DNA of 64,000 bases from Amoebidium appalachense (Eukaryota; Protista; Ichthyosporea): assembly GCA_963693365.1 (NCBI GenBank), contig CAVNZM010000007.1, positions 5,143,962 to 5,207,961 of the forward strand, written 5' to 3'. Shown here in pieces: positions 1 to 13,701 of the stretch; position 1 is the stretch's first letter, and every line of letters starts with the position of its first letter. Below the pieces are notes generated by a model. The model had not been told where the DNA came from, did not search any database, and saw only the letters and a program-made list of their open reading frames with translations. The translations under genes and the position numbers were made by a program.

Positions 1-1227
1 GCCTATTTTGGAATCAGCCAGTTACTAAACGTCACGCAGAGTGTATTGCCGGGCTGCTTTTTGTGGAACGATCCGCAAATGAGCGCAGAGGATACCGATG
101 CAAGGTCAACCAATCAGCTTGCGGTAATTACAGGGGGGCATGTGCTGAGCAGGGGCGCAATATAATTGGGTAGCTCCCAGATCGTTTCTACTTGAGATTC
201 GCGAGCGATGCCAGAACTCATGAGTTTTTAGTTCATAAAAGAAAAGTGGGTTGGGTATCAATAATATTGTGAATATTAGTTGTCTGTTTGATTATTAAAG
301 TATTAAATAGCAACTCATGATAATTCTGATAGGCGAATGTGCGGTGCAACACTAATACTATGCAAACTAATCATAAATAGCAAAAAAAAGGGGTAAATGC
401 TTTTCTGGGCCAGCAACTGCAACATATATTTGACATTCAAAAGATCGCTTTTTATCTTGTTTTTCTCTTTTATAGCCCATATTTAGATACCATTTTTCGT
501 CGTTGCTAATATAGCTGCTTTATTCCTGGTTTACCAAACTGTTACTAACGCTATTCGCCGATGTCTTGCCTAGGTATTCTGTCTACCTCAAAGCTGCACG
601 TGCTACCCCCCTCGGACTAGTGCTGCACAATGTGCACATGCACTCTCATGCATGGCGTAAAAGAAACCTTAGAAAACTTCAACCATGTATATATGCTTAG
701 GTGTATATTTTGCCACTATTTTTTTACCCAAAAATTTTGGTCTGCTACATTGTATGTAGTTCAAACTAACTCAGAACATGAAGAATATAATGACAGTCAG
801 CTGACGCGGCCCTGACAGCGGCTGACCATATTTGTGATTGGCGGATATATGAAGCGTTCCTGGGTGCCCGCCCGTAACTGTGCAGATGAGCTTTAAAGAG
901 ATTGGCTGCCGAGTTTACGATATAAAGAATGGCTCACCGGAAAACCCATGTTTGACGGCAGCAGACAACCTTTATGTGAATTTGTGTAGATTAAAATAAT
1001 TGTAAATTGTATTAATGATAATTTCCTATCTTAAGGATAAGTGTTTCTACACCTATAGTTCTATTTTGAAGTATATATCAACCTGAAGGTTATTCCATTT
1101 ACTGGTAGCTTTGTGGTAAGATTGTTTATTTTATTTAAGTGGCTAATTGTCATATTGTTATGTAGGGTGCACGCATGACCATGTGATCGAATTGGATCCC
1201 AGGCTCACCCCAACAGTCGTATCAAGG

Positions 1228-1264
1228 TATAAAAGGACGCCTTGTGGTCAAACTCTGGTCAGTT
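1228..1264 (+). promoter_or_regulatory. Candidate core promoter (TATA box plus initiator) of the ATP-grasp gene
   Basis: TATAAAA at 1228-1234 and TCAGTT at 1259-1264 are ~30 nt apart, typical TATA-Inr spacing, and lie upstream of ATG 1436. Confidence 0.5.
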
Positions 1265-1435
1265 GTATCGGCCTCTTTTTTGTGAGAAAAGGGTCTTCCA
1301 CTCTTGTGATTGTTCCCAAGGGAAAGTAGATCCTTGCATAAAAACAAAACGTGGCATTTATACGAAAGGCAGTCAAGTCAAACATTATACGTATTGTGAA
1401 GGTCTTTCGTAGGTTCTTTACTTATTACAATCACA

Positions 1436-2899
1436 ATGGAGGCCCTTCTTCGCCTGAATGCTGCCGATGAGCAGACCCAGATGGCACGCCGGGAGGCTGC
1501 CCGGGGCAAGAAAGTTCTGTTTATCACTTGCTTCCTTGCTGATTACCTTTATAAACGTGACAAGCCCCTCTTCCAGCACGTAGCTACGTTTGGTTCAGAG
1601 CTCTATTTCGTGTTTGGCACAGAGGAGAAGGACAAGGCGGCTGCGTCTATGTTTGAACGTGATGGCCTAGTTACGGGGAGTCTCTTGTATGCCGACATGG
1701 CCGACGAGAACTCTGCCGGTGACAACATCGTCGCAGCTGCGCGCGCCTCGGGTGTCGTTTTCGACGCCGTTTTCTGCCCCTACGAGCACGCTATGACGCT
1801 TATGGGTGAGGTGGCTGAGAAGCTCGGTCTTCATGGCAACCCTGCCTCTGCGTACATCAACGCACGTGACAAGCGTGTTTCTCGCGAGGTTTGCACCAAG
1901 GCCGGCGTGGCTGCCCCTCGTTTTGCGCGTGTTTCTGAGCGTGATACTGTGGCCGCAGCAGTGGAGCACGTCGGTCTTCCCCTTGTTCTCAAGCCCAGCT
2001 CTGGCGCTTCTTCCGACGGTGTTTACCGCTGCAACACACTCGAGGATGTGCTGATGCGCTTTGACAGCGTCGCACACGAGCTTAAGACTAATTTCCTCTT
2101 CAACTGGTCTCCAGGCTGCGAAGCCTGCGTGCTCCTGGAAGAGTACATTGACGGAGATGAGTTTGACGTTGATGTTATGCTCTGGAATGGTGAGACTGTT
2201 TACGCAAACGCCATCGACAACTACTCGTGCCCCGAGCCCTACTTCATGGAGACGGGCAGCGCGTGCCCCACTCTCTACACGGGCAAGCGCCAGCAGCAGC
2301 TTCTGGATTATTCCTCCCAGTGCGTCAAGGCGCTTGGTTTCGATCACGGACTTTTCCATGTTGAGATCAAGTACTCCATGAAACGTTCTTTTGTCGATGC
2401 CGACGGCGAGACGCTTGGCCAGCCCCTTCTTATCGAGGTCAACCCTCGCATGGGCGGCGGGCGCACCCACCTTTTCCACAAGGAGGTGTATGGCGTTGAC
2501 ATTTTCGAGAACTTCTTCCTTTCAGCGCTGAACATCCCTATCAACCCCCCTCGCGCCAGCGTGCCCAAGTGCGCCATTGGTGACTACGAGATCTGTGCCG
2601 AGAAGACGGGTGTCCTCCTGCACACACGTTTCCTTGACCACATCAAGAACCACCCCAACGTGACCGAGTGCAAGGTGCACTTGCAGGCAGGCGCGGAGGT
2701 GCAGGGTCTTGACACGGGTATCCCCGAGTGGCTCGGTTTCTACATTGTTAAGGGGGAGACAGCGGAAGAGGTTAATGCTCTGATTTACGACCTTGCCGCC
2801 ACCATTAACCCACCTATTGTCCCCCACGCCGAGAAGGACACGGCTGCTTTCGCTGAGGCTCACGCTCACGCACACACGGCCCAGGCTGTGGCCCACTAG
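1436..2899 (+). CDS. ATP-grasp domain ligase (L-amino-acid ligase / carnosine-synthase-like), 487 aa, intronless
   Basis: Long ORF with strong codon bias. ATP-grasp motifs: RDKxxSR, PLVLKPSSGASSDGV, LLEEYIDGDEFDVD, FHVEIK, LIEVNPRMGG. Confidence 0.92.
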   Translation: MEALLRLNAADEQTQMARREAARGKKVLFITCFLADYLYKRDKPLFQHVATFGSELYFVFGTEEKDKAAASMFERDGLVTGSLLYADMADENSAGDNIVAAARASGVVFDAVFCPYEHAMTLMGEVAEKLGLHGNPASAYINARDKRVSREVCTKAGVAAPRFARVSERDTVAAAVEHVGLPLVLKPSSGASSDGVYRCNTLEDVLMRFDSVAHELKTNFLFNWSPGCEACVLLEEYIDGDEFDVDVMLWNGETVYANAIDNYSCPEPYFMETGSACPTLYTGKRQQQLLDYSSQCVKALGFDHGLFHVEIKYSMKRSFVDADGETLGQPLLIEVNPRMGGGRTHLFHKEVYGVDIFENFFLSALNIPINPPRASVPKCAIGDYEICAEKTGVLLHTRFLDHIKNHPNVTECKVHLQAGAEVQGLDTGIPEWLGFYIVKGETAEEVNALIYDLAATINPPIVPHAEKDTAAFAEAHAHAHTAQAVAH

Positions 2900-3817
2900 G
2901 GTTAATATTATAATTTTATTATTTAGGTGTTGAAAACAGTGGTGGGTATGCGAGTATTTTTAGAATGTTTTTGAACACGAATGATGATGGCCTTGGTTCT
3001 TGTTTTTATTTTGCTTTATATCTGTACAGTGGTGACGAGGTGTGAGCACTGCGAACCAAATCGAATGAAAAAGGATAGTTCATTGCTGCCGTGTTTTGCG
3101 CTCTGTGAGGGCAGCGTGGGCAAGTGAAATATGAACGTGCTGAGAGAGCATGCGAGTAATAAAAATATGAACACTTGATTGAAGTTGCTTGTCCCAACCA
3201 ACTCAACGAGACAACATCCCTTCCTTCCCCCGCCCCACACACACACACTTCTCTGGGACCATCCGGTTTTTTTTATGTTTTTTTTGTTTGTTTGTTTTTT
3301 GTTTTTGTTTTTTAGTGCGTGCCTGGTCCTGACGTTCCCACGGCTACTACATTCCACACACACTGACCGTGTACTGTCCGTCCCGCTAGCAGACACACAA
3401 GATATATGTACTGCATGATACGCAAAGCACCACGCACGCACACCACCGACACAGTCTTGGAAGACTATGTACCACAACCACAACCACCACACGTACACCT
3501 TTCCTGGTACGATACTTTCACGATGGTCTGTCTACCCACTCGCGGCAACTCGCGCAAAGTCCTGCCTAGGCTTTTTTGAATTCGAAATGCAGGGTCCGGG
3601 GGGCCAGTAGTCAGTCATGTTGGACGTTCCCCCTGGTGGCCCCCAACGGCCAAGGCCTCCCGGTGGGTGGGTAAGGGGGGGAGGGGAAGGGGGGTTACAC
3701 GGGGGTACCCAACTCCATCTTCCCCCCCCCCCCCCGTCCACCCCCGTCTCCCTTTTCCCGTGCTTTCCCCCTCCTCCAGGAAACTCGGCTCCCTCCTGTG
3801 CAGCCCGGATTGGGATT

Positions 3818-3854
<37 letters not shown>

Positions 3855-4372
3855 GGGGAGGGGTTGCTCCGAGAAGCATCTCCAGTTAGCCAATCAGAAT
3901 GGATAAAAAGAGGGTGCCGATACCATCATGTCTTATAGTTCATATGCAATCATATCATGAAGACTTGCATCACTCATTTGCTTGGTGGTCCTCTCCCCCT
4001 CCCCCCCCCCCCCCCCACCCACCCACCCACCCACCCACCACCCACCACCACCACCACCACCCCGGCCTTCTCCCCCAGTCAGCGAAAGGGTGCCCCCCCC
4101 CCCCCCCCCCCCCCTCCCCCCCCCCCCCCCCCCAACCCACCACCACCACCACCACCACCACCACCCCACCCTTCTCCCCCCAGTCAGCGACGGGGTGGTC
4201 CCCCCCCCCCCCCCCCCCCCCCCCTCCCCCCCCCCCCCCCCCTCCACCACACACACACACACACACACGAGTACAAAACAGTAGCCCTCATAATCAAATC
4301 TTGAAAAAGGTTTCAAAGTCAGGGCCATCTTGGCAAGTGTAAACTGTTTATTACATGTATGCACACACAAAA

Positions 4373-4405
<33 letters not shown>

Positions 4406-5129
4406 AAGGAAACTAACGGTTTTTGTTTATATCGGGTCATCAGAGAGGGCTAAGAATGGATATCATACAGTGTACGTGGCCATAGACAACGAGAAAGTTG
4501 CTTAGATAGCTCCGGGGTATCCAACGAGATATAACAAATGGCATTCAACCGTTGTACTTTGAAACCTTCGTGTGTGAACCCAGCTACGGGGGTCAACAAT
4601 CACTATGTTTTATCCATGTAAGAGCGAAGTGCAAAAAAATATCTACTTTTTGATTTTATGTTAATATTTTAAAGTAGTGATGTTGGAATATCGGGCAAAT
4701 GCAAGCAACTGAACAGAAACCCCAACTACCTGGATCAACATGCTACATCGGTCTACTTATTTCTGTCGAACCGACAGTATTGTCACGAAAGTTACAGCTA
4801 CAGTGTGTGAATATATAGATATTACGCTAATGCAATTTTGCGCATGGGCAAGGAAATACAGTAATCGTACAAAGACGTAGGTTTCCTAATATAGAAAGGA
4901 ATCCTACTAACTGGCGGCAGCCCAAAAGAAGAATGTATATGTATGGACAGCCGCGGCCTTAGAGAACGTAAACATTCATCAACAGGACAGTGTTGCGGGG
5001 TATCATTTGCTTGCTTTTCCTCAGGGTCTACACTGTGCCAATCTCGTTATAACTGCAACACAACCTCACTTCCCTCCTGTTCCCCTTCTCCCCCCCCTCC
5101 CCCTCCCCGCCCCGCCCCCGCCGCTGCCC

Positions 5130-5465
5130 GGCACCATGCATTTTTGTGCGTGTAGGAGTGTTGCTAAGTAAGACACCAGTTAGTAAGCAGTAATAAATTG
5201 GGAAATAACCGCACACCCGGTGGGGTGTTTGCGGCAGAACAGTTTCCGGTTGATGCTTGATCGGGGGTGGGGGGGTGGGGAGGGGGGAGGGGAGGGGGGG
5301 GGGATTCCAGAATGATGAAATTTCCACTCAGGTTGCCGGCACCATGCATTTTTGTGTGTGTAGGAGTGCTGTTGGGTATGACACCAGTTAGTAAGCAGTA
5401 AAATATTGGGTAACAGCCGCACACCACACCCGGTGGGGTGTTTGCGGCAGGACAGTTGCAGGTTA
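5130..5465. repeat. Direct duplication of a ~125-bp unit
   Basis: GGCACCATGCATTTTTGTG...GACACCAGTTAGTAAGCAGTAA...CACCCGGTGGGGTGTTTGCGGCAG occurs at ~5130-5255 and ~5338-5465. Confidence 0.85.
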
Positions 5466-5480
5466 ATTATAATTCTTGAT

Positions 5481-5511
<31 letters not shown>

Positions 5512-6708
5512 CACCTCCCACTCTCCCTTATAAAGCTACCCCCCGGGCCCTTCCCCACGTTGTTCCCCATAGCTTTCTTTCCCCTCCCCTCCCCCTTTCC
5601 CCCCCCCTCCCCCCACTTCCCCCATCGCCACAATGACCATGCATGCACCAAAAAACTGTTACACACACACACCAGCAGGGGGTCACATCATTGAATTTCC
5701 CCTCTTCTTTCTCCTTGCCAAGCTTTAACTATTGGGGCGTGCGTGAACGAAGGTTTGCGGGCGCATACTTTTTGATTCGTTTTTATAAAACAACCAAACA
5801 AGTATATGATTTTAAAGTTGATTGAACACGGGCAGGGACTTATGGTGCAGGCTGCAATCCTCTCCCTAGCTGGCAGCCACATTGTTATACTATCGTTAAA
5901 TAACGGGAAATCATTAAAGTAGTGAATTAGATAACGGAACATAAATCAGTACCACGTGTGAAACCGTTTTGAAGAAAGTTTCGAAAAACTGACCAAGGAA
6001 GGATTGAGTGGACACGGTGAGCATATGCGCATGCATACACGGTGTGCCACGGCATGTTTGCATGTATGCCGGCGTGATCAATCACTTATGTGTGCGGCTT
6101 AAAATGTGCATTTGTGTGTGCATGTGTGTGACTCTTTTTTTTTTTTTTTTTTTTTTTTTGGGGGGGGGGGGGGGGGGGCAAAATGAAATGAAGCACATGC
6201 CAATAACAATTGTAGCCGGAATCATTCTTTATCTCATGATTATAATTATATTTGCTGTTGTATCTTCAATCAACAGCGGCTTTATTTATAATGTACGTGC
6301 CGGGTTGTGCGCACATACACTTCTACTGTGACACTACAACATGTGATTGGCTACTCAGTGACAATTCACGTGTATTACCTTATAATGGTTATGATTGCTA
6401 GGAAATTTAAGCTCTGATGGAAAAAAAAAAACATCAACCAAATTTTAAAGCCCACACACCCTAAGCTTCACATGCATGGCCACTTGCAACATGCATCCGA
6501 ATGATCTATAGATTCTGCAGATCTATAATCACCCGACTCTAGGGGACCATCCGCCTAACAATCAGTCGGCCCGGCTACTTTGCGACGTCCAGGTAACGGA
6601 CACTATACTAGCACACAGAAAATTCCATAACACTACATAGAACCCCTGCCGGAGCTTTACATCACTTCGCTTTAGTACAGAACCCCCCTCTGAAGCGTAA
6701 TTTTCTGC

Positions 6709-8991
6709 TCACAGTTCCTTCTGCTTCTGCTGGGGGTGGTCCTCGGTGGGAACCAGGCCGTACATGGTACCGACCAGTTTTCCGTTCCGGACCAGTTTTT
6801 CGTCCTCCCACGTAGGGGTGGCGTACATGCAGGCCACCTCAAGCTGGAGAGCATTGTTGCCGCGGGGGGCGCGGAAGAAGCCCATTTCACCCCAGTACGT
6901 GCCTGTGTGTACGTGTACGTGTGTGTGTGTGTGGGTGGTGGTGGTTGGGGGGGAGGGGGGGGGGGGGGAAGACGGAGGGGAAGGAAAGGGAAGGAAGGGT
7001 TATTTTCTTGCGGCCTGGTGATGTAAGCATTCTTCAAAAAGAACGGCTGGGTATAGCATGCAAGAACAGAACACCGTTTGTTCAATCCGGCACCCGTTCT
7101 GTGTTATCCGGGAACACTGTGCCAACTCTGCGAGAGAAAGCGAGATGGATGGGCCTGGTGGGGCTCGAGGAAACAGTAAACGTTTGTGTATGTGTTTGGT
7201 GTAGACGTGTGTGTACGCCGGGTGCGTGTCTGCATGTGTGTCGGTAGGGATGAGGGCACAGATTCTCGAGAACCAAGCACACAAAGGTTTGCCTGTGCGC
7301 AAAGGTCATTCGCCGTCAATAAAGCCACCTCCTTCTGATGTATGTCTAGGACGGCGAAAAGGGGGGGAGGGGGGGGGGGGGGGGGGGGGGGACCAGCAAT
7401 GTAAGAACAAGTGAAAGACCTCGACACATAAGTCAGAACAAGCAAGAAAGCATCTATGCGTCTCCTTCTGGTGTATGTGTAGGAAGGGAAGCAAGGGGTG
7501 TGGGGGATGGGGGGGGGCATAAACAGTACTATAAGAACAAGTGAAAGCCTAGCGGCACCCAACAAAAATAAGAACATGAAAGAGCAAGCAACCAAAGTTA
7601 GAAAGGAGCAAGGAGCACATACCCCAAGAGTTGCGCACGACCCAGTAGGGGCCATCCTCCTCGCTTTCGCCCCACCCAACAATCTCCACAATGTGGTCAA
7701 TATCCGTGTCGTTGGGGGACTTCTTCCACACACCCCCGCGGTAGTTGAAGTTAAAGTCGTCGTAGGAGACCATGCCTGCGCACGTACGTGTGTGTGCGTG
7801 CGTGTGCATGTGTGTGCGTGTATGTGTGTTCGTAATGGGAGTGCAAAATGGGAAAGGAAAAGGGAGGGTTAGAATGCGTTACAGAGTGCAAAGTAGACAC
7901 TCACGACGAACAATGTGTTGTGCAACTTGAAGCACACACAGCAGGCTATGCATTATGGGCCAAACCCCCTAGTCTCAGGTGTGGCAATGGGTGAGAAGGG
8001 GGACTGACTCGCACAATCTCTATTCCTGCCGTGAGCAACGGCAAAAGGCTGTGTATGCTTGGAAAGTGTGGGAGAAGGGCAGATGGTGGTGGAAGGTTGA
8101 ACAACGCAGTTACTTGATTGCCCGTGAATTTATGTATGTAGTTGCATATACCACCCAAACAAACAGATTGAATCGGTGAACCAAATGTGTCAGACAATCT
8201 CTGATACGCAGGGATGTCGTGTGCCCCCAGGGGGGGGAGAGGGGGAGGGGGGGGTAGAACGCTTTACGGAGCACATGGTGCGAAGTACAACTACACGATG
8301 CGAAACACTGTGGACGACACATGCAAAGGCAAACACACGAGAATGCAACATCAGCAACGTGCGTAGTATGTAACATAAGAAGAGCCCATCCTCGGGGGGG
8401 CGGGGGGAGGGGGGGGAGGAGAGAGGGGGGAGGGGGGTTGGGGAGGGGGGGGGGGGGGTAGAACGCTTTAGCGGAGCACGGTACGAAGTACAACTACACG
8501 ATGAGAAATACTGTGGACGACACAGGCAAAGGCAAACACTCGAGAATGCAACATCAGCAACGTGCGCATTACGCAACATAAGAAGAGCCCATCCTCGGGG
8601 GGGGGGGAGGGGAGGGGGGCAGGGATTAGTACGAAGCACACATTCACGACGCACGACACCATACAGATTGGGAAACACACATAAAAGGGCATGCATCAAA
8701 AACGCGCGCGGGGGGGGGGGGGGGGGGGGGGGGGGAGGGAGGGAGGGAGGGAGGGAGGGGGGAGGGGGGAGGGGCAGGGTAGGTACCGCATGCAATGGGC
8801 CCGTTGTTGTAGATTTCAACCATCATGGCGGCTGCGCCCTGGGGCACTGGGCCGTAGTCGCTGACTGTGTGTGTGTGTGGGAGGGGGGGGGGGGGGGGGG
8901 GGGGGTGAAGGAGAAGTGGGAGTTGTATTAGCTGGACTGTCGAAAAAAATCAAATCTTTACGTAAGGGTCGGTCGTGCCATGGGCTATCTA

Positions 8992-9023
<32 letters not shown>

Positions 9024-9923
9024 AGGAGAGGGGGGGGGGGGGGGGGGGGGGGGATATGCAAAATGCTCTGGCCGCTGGTCAAACCTCGTCCAGACATCCA
9101 CACACACAAGTAGAGTTATACACACATGCAGATACACAAGCAGAGGCATACACACATGCAGAAACACAGGGAGACACACACATCTGCACCAAGACTAACT
9201 GATATCAAACCAGGTTGCCCTTACATCCAAACACACCTGCATGCTTACAGCCAAGCAAGGCTTTGCAACACACGACCTCCCTTACACCCCATACACAATG
9301 GGAGCGACGAAAAGGCTGGAGGTAGAGAAGGAGGGGGGGGGGGGGGGGGGGGGGAAGGGGGCAAGCATGGGAGGGTGGCTACATTGGAAGCAAGAACTTT
9401 CATAAACCGGGAGGTAGAAGAGGGGAGGGGATGGAGGGGGGGGGGGGGGGGGGGGGGGGAGGGGGGGTAAGTTACCGCTGTACTTGATTGGGCGATGGAC
9501 GGGCCAGCACTCCTTGCGGGGGGGAGTGCCGTGGTTCATGCAGTTGATGCAGTAGCCGTCGGCAGGGCAGCTCGTGGCATGCTTGCCGTACTGGGGGGGG
9601 GAGGAGGAGGAGGAGGAGGAGGGGGGGGGGGGGGGGTTAGAATGTGTTTCGCGGCAAGAAGCACACATCCACCATTGAAAAGCACCATGAGAAGGGAGGT
9701 GGGGGCCGGGTGCAGAAGCCGGGGGGGGGGGGGGGGGGGGGGGGGCCGGGGGGGGGCCGGGGGGGGGGGGGGTTTGCAGGGGATCGTTGTTGAGAACCCT
9801 TAACAATATGAAAAATAATTAATTGAGACATGTAGAGTAGGAGAGGATGTGTTGTGTCGAACCAGGATCGACAACCACATGTATTCGGCACTTGAAACCT
9901 TTTATGTTTTTTGTTTTTCACAC

Positions 9924-9963
<40 letters not shown>

Positions 9964-10405
9964 CCCCCTCCTCCCCCCAAACACACACACACACCTTTGT
10001 GTAGTCCTTAGCCTCATAGACCTGGCACCCCTCATCAGGCAGACCAAACATCTCCATAAATTGGTACACGTCCAGGGAGCTGCCGCCGTTGCACCCGTTG
10101 CTCATGTTGTGGAAGGGCCCACAGTTGAGGATGGTCTGACGGGCAAGCATCACAGGGGGGTACTTGCCTCCCTGTGTGGGCAGGAAGAGAATGGAGGAGG
10201 GGGGAGGGGGCGCGGGGGGGGGGGGGGGGGGGGAGGGGGGGGGTGGGTGGGTGGGTGGGTGGGGACGAGGGGGGGGGGAGGGAGGTTTTGGGGGGAAGGG
10301 GGAGGGGGAGGGGGGAGGAGGAGAAGTGGGGTGGGGGGAGGGTTAGGATGTGTTACAGAACACCAAGCACACAATCATGACGGACAGCACAATGGGCGTG
10401 TGTGT

Positions 10406-10436
<31 letters not shown>

Positions 10437-11016
10437 GGGAGGGAGTAAGTGAGGTAAAGCACAGGCTGGAACGATACGAAAAAGGGGGAATGGCTTCCCA
10501 TGCACGACAGCACGTGAAACCACATTCCTAAACCAACCCTAACACAACAACACACTCAACCCCATCTACACACGCACATACGCAGCATACACATAATCAA
10601 GCACAAACGCGCAGACAACCACAAACGTACACACACGTACACGTGTAGACACACACACACACACGCACACACAAACGCACACACACACGTACACACACAC
10701 GTACACACCTGCTGGATGTACAGGCGGTCCATGAGGTGAGTCAGGGTGCCGTGCAGCCAACATGAGCCGCAGTAGACGGGGATGTGCTGGTTCCATGAGG
10801 GCACACACATGCTCTTGCCGTCTGGCATCTCGCACCAGTTGAAGTTCTTGGGCAGTTCCTGTGATCGTGTGTACGTGTGTGTGTGTTTGCATGTGTGGGT
10901 GTACGTGTGTGTACGTGTGGGTGTGTGTGTGGGTGTGGGTGTGTGTGTGTGGGGGGGGGGGGGGGGAATAGCGATTCGGGTTAAGAAAAGGAGGCAAGTT
11001 GCACTTGTACGCTGAG

Positions 11017-11066
<50 letters not shown>

Positions 11067-11403
11067 TGTGCATGTGCAGCTGAAACGGTATTCAGTGTAA
11101 GAAAACGAGATGAATAAGCATATACTATACTAACTCAGTTGGTGAATGGTAAGTTCTGGCTCCAATCGCTCTATTCCTGAAATAAAGAAAATCATCAGAG
11201 GGCAGTTACTCTGAAAATGAAGAATCCAATGGAGCAGCTAGCTGTTTGGAGCAAGATGGGCAACCACGAAACCAAGCTCAAATCCTAACCGTTCATATAT
11301 AGAAAACTGCACACAATTACTGATTTCTCAACCCTCTTTCCTACCTCGCCCTCCACCCCTCCCGCACCAGCACACACATGGTGTGCACAACCATCACTGC
11401 TGT

Positions 11404-11449
<46 letters not shown>

Positions 11450-11956
11450 ACCGCTGCCTTGACCTCGAAGATCTTCGGGTCGATCTTGCTGTTGGGATGG
11501 TTCTCGCGGAAAATACGCTCCTTCTCTCGGGCCTGCAGAAACGGAATTTTTGGCCACCCAGGATGTACGAACACCTCGACAGCACGAAAGGCAAATCATG
11601 GCAAAAAATGGACCGGAGAGGGATGAGGCTATGGGATAAAGGGAAGAGCACAATTACTTGAACTAAGTAGAACATCTCTACAACATTTCCAACGTTGTGT
11701 TTTCCTTTTTTTATAAGACTGGGTGTGAAATAAAAAGGAGGAGCGACGGTTTGCTCGGTCTGGCTTCCCAAACAAACGAATGAACTTTAGACTCTGTTGG
11801 TTGTAGGGCAAGGCGAAAACGCACTCGCGTGTATGTAGAAGGGAAAGAGGTAGGAGGTAGGGAACATACGATTTTCTTGGCCTCAGGGTCCCAGATGCAT
11901 CCCTGGGATGCAACAGTGGCTGCCAGAGCAGCAACAACAGCGGCCTTGGTCCACAT
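6709..11956 (-). CDS. CTSZ: Cathepsin X/Z-like papain-family (C1A) cysteine protease, 8 exons, ~344 aa
   Basis: Exons 11956-11870, 11532-11452, 10858-10709, 10171-9995, 9590-9476, 8864-8787, 7775-7623, 6902-6709, all GT-AG and in frame. Signal peptide MWTKAAVVAALAATVAS. NQHIPVYCGSCW carries the cathepsin-X HIP insertion and catalytic Cys; DHIVEIVGWG (His); VVRNSWGTYWGEMGFF (Asn). Confidence 0.93.
7869..7968 (-). repeat. Intronic ~110-bp repeat family copy (cathepsin intron 6)
   Basis: Sense strand ends GTCTACTTTGCACTCTGTAACGCATTCTAACCC. Confidence 0.75.
8254..8705 (-). repeat. Intronic repeat family: two tandem near-identical long copies plus a diverged third
   Basis: 8254-8395 and 8458-8600 share GTAGAACGCTTTA...CGAAGTACAACTACACGATG...AACATAAGAAGAGCCCATCCTCGGGGG; diverged copy at ~8625-8705. 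Confidence 0.85.
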
Positions 11957-13430
11957 GGTCTGTGCAGGTTTCAAACGTCATGTTAGTTTTGCCTGTAACC
12001 ACATGACAGGGAACGGGCTAGGGGTTTGGTGGAATGTAAGAACGCGGGAAGGGAGATGGGGGAAAAGAGAAGGCAGGGCCCCGGCGGGCAGGGGGGGGGG
12101 GGGGGGGGGGGGGGTGCAAGGGGGGAGAGGGGGGGAGGCCCTGAGAAGGAGTTTATAGGGTGTGTGATCCAGTTTTGAGATCCCTCACTCCAGGTAGAAA
12201 TAGCATTCATCGTGCGACCACACCAGCCTCGCTGATAGTCTCCTTGCAAGTCATACCAACGCAACCTGGCTATCTTTGTCTCTCCTTATTCACACAACTA
12301 TGCTTCAGGTTTACTAAGTGAGCGATGAAGGAAAGTCGCCCGGCGATTAATGGGCTCGATTTGGAGCACGCAACTAGGTGATCATTTCAACTCAAATTAA
12401 CGATGCTATGCGAAATACTTCGGGCCGGGAATGAACTACTATATAAGTACGGGCTAAGTTGGAAAGGGTGAGAGTTTTTACATTTTCTTGTCTTTTGTCT
12501 TCCCTCGACAGTGAATGAAGGAAGGTGGGACGAACTGTGTGAAAATGGCCTTATATACTCAAGCCTGTTGTTTGTTGTGGTCACGCAGCGAGTGCTGATT
12601 GGTTTACACCATCACACATCCGGGGTGTCCAATTAAAGAACCCCTTTTAATAAACTTTGGGAATTTTTGAAATAAATTATGACGGCGATAGGCTTCTTTT
12701 CACCCAGAATCGGTCGTTTTCGAGCTGAATGTTCTCGTATTTACATCCCTGATCTTGTGACATAACGAACCAATCAGCCGATTGTTAACCTTTTTTGGTA
12801 GGTCCCGGGAGAAGATGCGACCAATCATTTGGGCTGTTCGACATTCCTCTTTGGCGCGTGGAATGTGCCCACAGTGTTCGCACTCGCGACGGTCACAATG
12901 ACTGCCATTATTAGTGCCATATGCATGCATGTGCGCGTGCACGTGATTTGCGTATGTAGGCACACAGCCTGAGGATTCTTAGGCCAGGTGTGTGTGTGTG
13001 TGTGTATGTGTGTGTGTGTGTGTGTGAGGCTTTGAAACACGTTGATACAGCCACATGGGATCATGGGCCTTCTTGTTTGAACCACGTGCATCTTACGCAT
13101 TGAGTGGCACCGTTGAAGCACACTGCATGCATGTACAGGCACACGCCGGCGCCGGGGTCACAGTGCACGCCCGGTCCACGACGCCGTGTTCATGACACGC
13201 CACGGTTTGGCACCGTTGCTATGCTGATACATATGATGTATGCATATGTGAATCACAGCTGCATGCACGCAATGGCCCTCGGAGTTCCGAAGTAACATTG
13301 CATTGCAATATATTTTGCTGAAGCATGTACATAAATTTGTGATACCTCAATTTAAGGCTCGAGCCAAAATAGGTGACTACATATTACTACTATCTGTGTC
13401 TATGTGTGCACACACGTTGCCTCTCAACCC

Positions 13431-13473
<43 letters not shown>

Positions 13474-13701
13474 ACACACCCTTCCCCCACACACCCAGAC
13501 CAGACACACACACACACACCAACCCACCCCTGCGTCCCCCCCTCCTCACGCATGTATCCTCCCTCCCTCTCCCCCGCTCCCTCCCCCCCCCTCCCCCCTC
13601 CCCCCACCATCACCTCCTCCTCCCCATCCCGCCCATCCCCCCTCCTGCCCCTGCTAGCTTCTCTATTCCCTCCTCCAAAATTGAATCTATTTGGCACATC
13701 C

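Noticed and set aside
894-975. Tiny TTAA-flanked inverted repeat (Kolobok-like)
   Set aside because: Only a 7-bp core match and an imperfect TSD, compatible with chance.
1667-2896. Antisense ORFs overlapping the ATP-grasp gene
   Set aside because: Shadow ORFs caused by the codon bias of the real gene.
12618-12730. Tc1/mariner-like TIR start (CGGGGTGTCCAATTAAAG)
   Set aside because: No matching opposite TIR or transposase found nearby.
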